From Diadema antillarum (lineage: Eukaryota), in the NCBI RefSeq assembly GCF_040938485.1, contig NW_027271731.1, positions 124,001 through 188,000 on the forward strand: a DNA stretch of 64,000 nucleotides, given 5' to 3'. Both the position numbers and the translations under genes were made by a program. Below the pieces are notes generated by a model that was given only the letters and a program-made list of their open reading frames with translations, searched no databases and was not told the DNA's origin. Positions 40,880-64,000 of the stretch are shown here, piece by piece (position 1 is the stretch's first letter; every line of letters begins with the position of its first letter).

Positions 40880-41131
40880 AGCTGCCGCACTGCACTGTGC
40901 ATGTGTGCTTGTTGTGAATGCCCTCTGAGGCTCTGTATTTCGCCAATGCGAGGCTGAGATCACGACTGTCGAATCGCGTAGATATTAAACTAGTAGCTGC
41001 TGAGTGTAAATAGCATAGGCCTTAGCGTTAGATTAAATATTGTGCACGGGCTGTTTAATGGTGTCACGTACTGCTGACACACGACTGAAAACTCTCTTGA
41101 TTTCCCAAGGAAACGACGTGTGATAACATTG
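40880..41131 (+). other. Candidate non-coding first exon of CFAP100
   Basis: Donor TTG|GTGAGT at 41131/41132 ends a CpG-rich segment. An acceptor TTGCAG|G at 41478/41479 lies 10 nt before the ATG. The 5' end is approximate. Confidence 0.55.
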
Positions 41132-41488
41132 GTGAGTATGTATTTGAACACAGAGAGTTTGACTCGTTACAATTATCTTGTAGAAAATACCTAACAACTG
41201 GTTAGCTGTAAAGATCAACGACAACGTGTTCTTTTAAAGTCAGTGTTTGGTTTGGGCATTGGCTCTTCTTCTTCCTGAAATATTTAATTTCCTCTTCTTT
41301 CTATTCAACTTGACGTGTATTGATGGACCTCGGCCCTACATAGAATGTCTATAAACAAACAGATATCAAGATGATTTAGAGTCTAGAATCTCTAAACGTC
41401 TAATTTGCATTTTGTATGTCTTTCCCTAGCTCTATCTCAATCCCCCTCCCTTCTGTCACTGTTTCTCTGCACTTGCAGGAAAGCAACC

Positions 41489-56669
<15,181 letters not shown>

Positions 56670-57089
56670 GATGAGAAAGAGTCTTGCACCCAGGATGATG
56701 GATCCTTTCAGACTTTCATATTTCTGTCTGGCCTGATCAGGCCTCAGATCGAGAGTGATAGGACTTAATCTAATTTTTGTCTCATATGAGCAACACAGAA
56801 AATACTTGGTCACCTTGCCTAATGCACAAAGGAATTCAACATGTTGTACTTCCGATGTTCAGCTGGTCCCCCACTCTCAGAAATGTTTTTATAACATGAA
56901 TATTTGGACAAAGGAGAAACTCTTAATTGGTTCTATCGCACGACAGCTTAAACCACAGTGAAAATGTAGATGAATAAATGATGAATGAAAAGCTAAATGA
57001 TTGGAAAATGTTTGTCAGCATTCATACATCTAAACCTTGTCAAGAGATGTTGATGTAAGAAAATTTGTAGAGCACCATCCTCTATCCTG

Positions 57090-57599
57090 TTAACTCTTTA
57101 TGTGCCATGATGTAAATCCCCTGTGTGCCACATCATTCTGAGACTGCAACGTAGTCACACTTTGACAAAGCATTCTGTTTTTCAAATGTATGTAACTTTT
57201 ATAAATTTTTTTTACTCTGGACATGTAATGAGCAAAGTTGTAGAGAAAATGCCCAGCTTTGCTTTGATGTAAATTGTATGACAAATTTATGATTGTTTTT
57301 CTATCAAATGATCAGTAGCTACATTATTGTAGAGGCATGACATTTGCATGCAAAACAGTGACAGAAACCTAGAATTTACTTGCAAATGCAGTAGGGAACA
57401 CCCCTTGATAGCCAATCACCACATAAAATGCAAGCTATACATGTGACAGGAATGGAATCTCAAGAAACGCTTTCATTGTACTGTGGCATTTGGCGATTTA
57501 TCAATCGGTCTGGGTGGGTTTGTGCGTTTGAGCAGAATATGCGAAGTTGGCACGCCGTCGACTGAGTCGGGCGTGCGAACGTGGCACACAAGGAGTTAA
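57090..57599. mobile_element. TTAA-flanked element (piggyBac-like) in the CFAP100 3' region
   Basis: TTAA|CTCTTTATGTGCCA ... TGGCACACAAGGAG|TTAA. Confidence 0.65.
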
Positions 57600-57603
57600 T
57601 TCT

Positions 57604-57696
57604 TTAACCCGTTGAGGACGAGTCCCGAGTATACTCGGGCATGTGTCTATGGGAAATGCGTGTTGTAGCAAAATCAGTCCGTCCTCAACGGGTTAA
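57604..57696. mobile_element. 85-bp piggyBac-type MITE; second copy at 62736-62829
   Basis: TTAA|CCCGTTGAGGACG ... CGTCCTCAACGGG|TTAA. Confidence 0.9.
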
Positions 57697-57710
57697 AGAA
57701 CTAATACCTG

Positions 57711-57850
57711 GGGGGTGTTTCATCAACGTTTGTCAGCGCTGACAATTTCAGGGAAATCCTTGGTTTTGATTGGCTGAGATGCTCTGGTCACTGACTGTTA
57801 CTATGGTGATTCAAGTTGTCAGCGCTGACAGACGTTAATGAAACACCCCC
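57711..57850. mobile_element. Harbinger-type MITE
   Basis: CTG|GGGGGTGTTTCAT ... ATGAAACACCCCC|CAG; inner TGTCAGCGCTGACA palindromes; central TGATTGGCTG. Confidence 0.8.
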
Positions 57851-58562
57851 CAGGTAGTTGTTTTTGCAGCCAATGGTCTATAGTAGGCAGCATGAGTTTG
57901 GGGACCCATACCAGCATACATTGCTAATCGAGAACAAGTTCTGTTTGGCTCTGTGTGTGTGTGACAGGACAGCTTTTTGAACAGTCTTTTCCAGCATGTG
58001 TTCCCTGTAAAGGCAGGCAACGAGTACACGCACATGTATTCTATACAGCATGTACATGAAATAGTATGTCCTTTCTATAACAAAACAGTGAAAATGCTTG
58101 AGTTATTATAAATGTGGGATGATCAGGGACAAGCTGAAATGATTGGTTTATTAGCCTTCCCAATTGATGACATATTGATTTGTTTTCCTAATTGGAAAGG
58201 CAGAATTAATACCTTGTTATTATCATTATTATCAGTTTGTCAAAGTCATCATATTCCGTCCTACTGTTCATGCTAACACTATGCCAACGTTTGTTTTATT
58301 TTGAAAACACAACAATACATTACAGTGATAAGGATTAAAAAAGAAAAGAAAATTAATATTTAATCCATAGTTGATGTTGGGGAATTAGTTGATATGTATT
58401 TCACATGTGTATAAAGAAATTGATTCATGATGGATTCTCCACTACAAAATCATTGTGAATGTAGCATTCCACAATATCTATCATTACATTGTAAGTATTA
58501 TCACTATACCCTGTAAATATTTTGTATGAGAAGATATATGTGTACAAAGAAAAAAAAAGTCC

Positions 58563-58568
58563 AATAAA
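58563..58568 (+). terminator. Probable polyadenylation signal of CFAP100
   Basis: AATAAA about 1.9 kb after the stop codon, followed by a U-rich/A-rich tract. Confidence 0.4.
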
Positions 58569-59261
58569 CATGTATTTAAACTCTAGTAGCAAAGCTGTTC
58601 TTCTTTCATATTTAAAAAAAAAAAAAATTTTTAGAAACTCATCGTATGAATTCTGAGGTGCTGCTATAAAGTTGAAATGAGTCTTGGGAGATAGAGACTA
58701 ACAGCCATTGAGTGGTATGTGTTTGTGTCTGCAGATGACCATGCTGTGTGGATCTGAGCTTTGTGAATGAGCACTCCTTGTAAATTTGATCTTTGCGCGT
58801 AGTTGATGATTGCACAACGATGTAGGTTTTACGTGAAGCAGAAGCCTGATTGGCTGGAACACAACTTATTGTGCCACACTGGAACATTTTCTTCGATATT
58901 TCATTTTCAGTGGTGTGGAACCGAAAGCCATCATGCAACAAATTAGGAGGATATTCATCATGCTAAAAAAACAGAAAAGCAAACCATGACATTGAATCTT
59001 CTGACCTTGTACGTGTACTGTGAGTGACTGAGTTTGTTGCATCACCGTAATGTAGATTTAGCACAGTTTTTCTGTTGTGACAGACAGTAAGTTTCTTTGG
59101 TCCTGAAGCCAAGTGTTTGTGTATCACTGTTATATAGCTTTAAAGCTCCTCTAACAAAGTGCAATATATTAAAAAAAAAAAATTGTTTTGTGTGCTTGTG
59201 TGTGCGCGAGTGTTTGCATGTTTTCCAGGAATTGTGCAATTTTGTAAAAAGACAAGAGTAA

Positions 59262-59563
59262 AACCGATGAATTAATAAGAATATTAATCCAGTCCTGTAC
59301 GGCAAATGTCTTTCCAGTGTAGGGAAAAAAAAAAATTACATATCATGGGACGTGTCCGCAAAAGAGTCAATGAATTTTACACACAGGCACATGCAATTCT
59401 GACCATGTAAGTAAACCAATAATCTGTGTAGATCGAGTAAAACGGAAGATCAACAAATTAATAAGAATATCAATCCAGTCCTGTACAACAAATGCATTTC
59501 CAGTATAGGAAAAAAAAATGCTGTACATATCATGGGACGTGTTCGTAAAAGAGTCAATGACTT
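59262..59563. repeat. ~115-bp direct repeat pair (59262-59375 and 59452-59563)
   Basis: Shared AATTAATAAGAATAT.AATCCAGTCCTGTAC...CATATCATGGGACGTGT.CG.AAAAGAGTCAATGA. Confidence 0.9.
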
Positions 59564-59571
59564 ATTATTAT

Positions 59572-59738
59572 CAGGGGCGGATCCAGGAATTCTGTAAAGG
59601 GGGGGCGTGACTAATATTTCTGGTGCTACTTCCGGGTTTCATTTCATTGTTTTTCTTTTTATTTCTTTTGTTTTTTACGAAGAATAAAGGGGGGGGGGCG
59701 TGCGCCGGTTGCGCCCTTGGCCTCTGGATCCGCCACTG
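59572..59738. mobile_element. hAT-type MITE
   Basis: CAGGGGCGGATCCAG ... CTGGATCCGCCACTG; 8-bp TSD ATTATTAT/ATTATCAT (7/8 match). Confidence 0.8.
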
Positions 59739-60312
59739 ATTATCATTATTATTATTTCGTTTTATTCATTCAGGGTGGCCCTGTCAGTAATCAAGTACTG
59801 TTTTCCAGGGGGCCCTGTAAACACATACATTCCAGATAACAATCACAACAAATGACAATTAGAAAACGACCGTGCATGTGCATTGCTTTTTCATCTTTCG
59901 TCTTGACTCTCCTCCGCGACGAAATTGCTTTTCCGTGGACGTTTTACGGATACCACACCATTGCACAACATCAAGATCAAGATTTTGCAGTTTCTTATTT
60001 TGTCGCTCATTTTAGCATTGCGGCCGAACGATGCTGATGCGAAATCGTCTGCCGTCAATTGAGCTGGTTTTCGCGAAAAGGTAGAGTTCAAATGGTTACT
60101 TTATTAATCTCTTGCATGATCACGTAAAAATATACCGTTGCAAAGTTTGATGTGCTAAATTGCATTTTGTCCCTTTTCACAAACGACGAGTGATCAGTCC
60201 GAAAGTTGTCGGTTCACGAATGTATTAAATCTCACGTACATGTATCAGTCCCACTAATTGACTTTTGTTATGGGCAAGTACCGGTAGTGTTCGACACCAT
60301 CCACGATATCAC

Positions 60313-62164
60313 GCATAAATTCTAACGTTAATGGGACAATGCCAATATAAAAAAAGAGCAAGAAGTTTGCTTCTTTTTAAGTTGAGGTCCAAATAGCCTA
60401 AATCCAGGTCTGCCCTATTTGCAGGCAAACAATTAATTGATGTAAATTTTATCATAATGCCAAATGCTTAACCGCGCTTGTTACACTTGACAACCTTCCT
60501 TTGCTAAAAATAGTCACGGCTTTAAATTTACCTATTTATGCAGCCACTCTGTCTAAAACAGAGAGGTACAGTGTGAAATAATGTAGAAACTTACATACAT
60601 TTATATGAGGCTTTCATGGATTTTTTTCCTGATACTGTAATGTATTTGAAATTGAGGGACCTGTAAATTTAAGTTATCATCAAAACTTATAAAAAGTTAT
60701 GGTGTGATTGAACATGGCATGGTAGGGTATGTGCCAGGAACTTTAAAAGGGATGGTATAGTTTTGGTTGAGTCCTAATTTCAGGTTCCTAACATTTTTTG
60801 GTGAGATAATGAGAAACCTCTTGTGAAATATGAAAGAGCCTGTAATTCTATGAGGAATTCAATGTTTATTAGATTGCTAAATTGCTGCACGCCACTACAC
60901 TAGTCTCTGTCCATGTAGCTTAGTTAGGTCCAGGACATGTTGTGAGGTAACTATACACAGCCCAGTCGCTGTAAGTAGCGCGACACAGCATACTAACAGC
61001 GTCTGGTCGAGGTTGGGCTAGTTGTGAGGTAGCGTGTGAGATCCGTGCCGCCCTCCCATCTCCCGCTCAGAGATATTTTATTACATTGCTGGCATTTTCT
61101 CTCCCTTCTCTTAAAATAGATTTAAAAATTAGTCTCACTCTTGTCCTTCTTAATGACCATTCGCATTCATGTTGTCTGTCTGTATTAATAGAACCCCTAG
61201 ATCTAGATGTAGATTCTATAGAACCTATGTAGTTACTAGTAGTAAAATAAATTAAGTTTCTTGAGAAGTTAATGAATGGCAAAAGTAAAAGATTGAATAA
61301 ATTTAGGCCCTAGGCCTACCTGATTTTATCTCAATAATTTAAGTCTTTAAAGGGAGGGTACCGGTACAGTAAATGGTGGAGATGAGAATTGGGCTTTTAG
61401 GCCTATACTTTTTGCGAGATGCCATGAAAACACTCACTTATGATATACAGAGCATACCATTTTAAGAGAAATTCAAAGTTTATTTGATGAAAATCGGGTT
61501 TGGAATGACTGAAACATCAAAAAAAAAAAATTCAAACAAAGCGATCGTGATAAAGTGTGGGTCCCACACTTTATTACATCGTATAGAATCATTCTTTTTG
61601 GATATCGCAGCCATTTCAAAACCAATTTTCATCAAATAAGTGTTGAATTCCTCATAGAATTACAGGCTCTTTCATATTTCATAAGAGGTTTCTCATTATC
61701 TCACCAAAAAAAAATGTTAGGAACCTGAAATTAGGTCTCAACCAAAACTATACCATCCCTTTTAAAGTTCCTGGCACATAAAGTTTACCATGCCATGTTC
61801 AATCACACCATAACTTTTTATAAGTTTTGATGATGATAACTTAAAACAGGTCTCTCAATTTCAAATACATTACAGTATCAGGAAAAAAAAGATCCATGAA
61901 AGCCTCATATAAATGTATGTAAGTTTCTACATTATTTTACACTGTACCTCTCTGTTTTAGACAGAGTGGCTGCATAGGTAAAGCCGTGACTAAAGGTTGT
62001 CAAGTGCAACAAGCCCGGTTAAGCATTTGGCATTATGATACATCAATTAATTGTTTGCATGCAAATAGGGCAGACCTAGATTTAGGTTGTTTGGACCTCA
62101 ACTTAAAAAGAAGCAAACTTCTTGCTCTTTTTTTATATATTTTTATTGTCCCATTAGAATATGC
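60313..62164. repeat. Long inverted duplication: arms ~60313-60870 and ~61636-62164
   Basis: Arms are reverse complements over ~550 bp with small indels, e.g. CAGCCACTCTGTCTAAAACAGAGAGGTACAGTGT vs ACACTGTACCTCTCTGTTTTAGACAGAGTGGCTG. Confidence 0.95.
61347..61765 (-). mobile_element. Kolobok-type MITE family A, copy 4
   Basis: TTAA flanks; reverse complement of 16850-17232. Confidence 0.85.
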
Positions 62165-62300
62165 TTGATATGACTTGATTGAGCACGAAAGTATTAAGTA
62201 GCTTGTCTGCAGAGCCAATAAGTATAATTGAAAATTTTCACTTCTTGTTCACTAGCCAAGGAATGAACTTCACAGCAGCAGTCACCACCAGTCTGATGCG

Positions 62301-63758
62301 ATGGGTCCTAGTAGTGATGCGTCTGACAGAATCCCACCAGTCAGTGCAGCTCAGCACTTGTCGAGAAGGAGTGCAATAAATGAAGACAACGGGACCTCTT
62401 CACCAGAATCTACCAGAACTATTTTCCAAACTTTGCAGCATGCTCTGCACAGGGTGGCCATCAGCCGGATAGCATTGATACCAGTGATTCATGCTTCATC
62501 AGTGCAGAGAGATAGAGAAGCTAATGCCAACAGCAGTGTTTCAAGGACTGATGGAGGAGAGAGAGATGCAGATGAAGGCACTGTAGCCATGGAAACATCT
62601 GATTTGAAAGAAAAGAGTGGTTGGGATAGGATACGAGAGGGCTATAGATACAAGTGAGTATTTTCCACACTGGTGATTGGCTTAAATATTTCAAAATTTA
62701 TCGATGAAAAAGAGAATGAGGAAGAAGTAAGCCCTTTAACCTGTTGAGGACAAGTCCCGAGAATACTTGGGCAGGTGTCTATAGGAAATGTGTGTTATAG
62801 CAAAAATCATTCCATCCTAAACGAGTTAACTTTAACATTGAGGTAGAAAATTACAACTAGTGAGGGGGGAAATGATGAGGATGAAATATATATGCAATCT
62901 TCCTGCATATCTAAATCATTCATTTCACCTGATAATCCTGTGGCTTTGTACAGTCAAACTTGTCTTAGTGACCACCTGTCTATAGCAGCCACCTGCCGTA
63001 TATGACAACTACAAAACAATGCCCTCCAAGAGAAAAAGCATTAAAAAAAAAATTGTCGATAGCGGCCACCTGTCTTACTTTTTTCATCTTATGTAAGTTT
63101 GACTGTTTAAGCATGATAAGAGACTTCTGCTGAAATAATTTCCAAAATGAAGTTATTCGTGAATTATCAATCAGCCAGTGGTAACTAGGATTTTAAAAGT
63201 ATCCAGCAGCTTTTATTTGCAGGCAAAAATTCAAGATACTTGGCAGTGCTGTAAGTATCCATTGCTGAATGCAACACTTCCATGCGTGATGTGTGATCAG
63301 TAGTAGGTTTGAAAAGTCATGGTGCGTCAGCATGTGATTTTTGATTTATACAGATTTGACTTGAAAAATTACAGAACAAGCTTAATTATCCTAGTTTTAC
63401 TTTGGCCGAAATATCAGGAGATGACAAAATATAAAGCAAGGAAATGTATATCCACAGTAATGTATTGATTTACCAAGCTTTTAAATACCTGGTAGTTCAA
63501 TCTTGGACCCAGAAATCACACTCGCATTACATTCTTCCACCCTGGCGGGCTCATATTGCAACAATAAGAACTTGTTGTTTCTCCCTTATCAGTGATGCTG
63601 ATGGATTTTCACGAGAGCTGTACGAACTGGTGATGATGTTCATCCTCGGAGGCATGCTGGGCTTTGTCTACGGAGGATTCCCAGCGTCCAGACATGCAAG
63701 AAAGAGATACATCCAGAGTAGTCAGGCCGCCATCTATCACAGCAAGCTTGAAGCTACG
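62301..63758 (+). CDS. TIMMDC1: Translocase of inner mitochondrial membrane domain-containing 1 (complex I assembly factor), 5' partial gene: first two coding exons
   Basis: Exons 62301-62653 (ATG in strong context GCGATGG; ends AA|GTGAGT) and 63593-63758 (ends ACG|GT). Peptides SGWDRIRE and GGMLGFVYGGFPASRHARKRYIQSSQAAIYHSKLEA match my recollection of human TIMMDC1 (ESGWDRLRE...GIIGWVYGGIPA...YIEQSQAEIYHNRFDA). Confidence 0.9.
62736..62829. mobile_element. 85-bp piggyBac-type MITE, CpG-decayed copy
   Basis: Same layout as 57604-57696 with CG to TG/CA changes. Confidence 0.8.
62951..63105. mobile_element. Tc1/mariner-type MITE
   Basis: TA|CAGTCAAACTT ... AAGTTTGACTG; internal CCACCTGTC repeats. 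Confidence 0.7.
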
Positions 63759-64000
63759 GTTTGTGTTTTTCCACTCCTCATTCTTCGGTTACAGCGTAAC
63801 AGAAATTACTCAGAGACTGCTTGCAGCCTGTCACCACTATTAAAGTGGGATGGGACAAGAAAGCTTGTAGTGATTGTAGTTTCTGTCACATTCACATGCA
63901 ACTAATGCCCTCTGGGATCAGAAACAATTTATACAGGGCAGAACTGTTGTGAATTTTCTGATGTATGCATAAAGTAATGATTATGGTCAAAATCTTGCCA

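Overview
Eukaryotic, AT-rich, microsatellite- and MITE-dense genomic window with several N gaps. A marine invertebrate deuterostome, probably an echinoderm, is inferred from repeat style and gene content and is not proven. Four protein-coding genes can be reconstructed by hand with in-phase GT-AG splice sites. (1) An intact 6-coding-exon clan-2 cytochrome P450 on the minus strand (867-19903, about 513 aa). (2) An intronless rhodopsin-class orphan GPCR on the minus strand (33987-35825, 612 aa). (3) CFAP100/CCDC37 on the plus strand (41489-56669, 15 coding exons, one acceptor lost in an N gap). (4) The first two coding exons of TIMMDC1 on the plus strand (62301-63758, continuing beyond the window). 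Non-coding DNA holds Kolobok-type (TTAA/AGG), piggyBac-type (TTAA/CCC), Harbinger-type (CWG), hAT-type and TA-flanked MITEs, CR1/L2 LINE 3' remnants, tRNA-derived SINEs, minisatellites and several palindromes. I found no clear wholly new multi-gene system. The best leads are structural: a ~550-bp inverted duplication just upstream of the TIMMDC1 coding start, a SINE head folding into a complete 73-nt tRNA-Gly(TCC)-like cloverleaf, a 260-bp perfect-loop foldback, MITE hairpins in the GPCR and CFAP100 3' regions, NF-Y boxes at the centre of three different Harbinger MITEs, exon-level GC3 mosaicism in CFAP100, and an atypical GPCR lacking the TM3 cysteine and toggle tryptophan.
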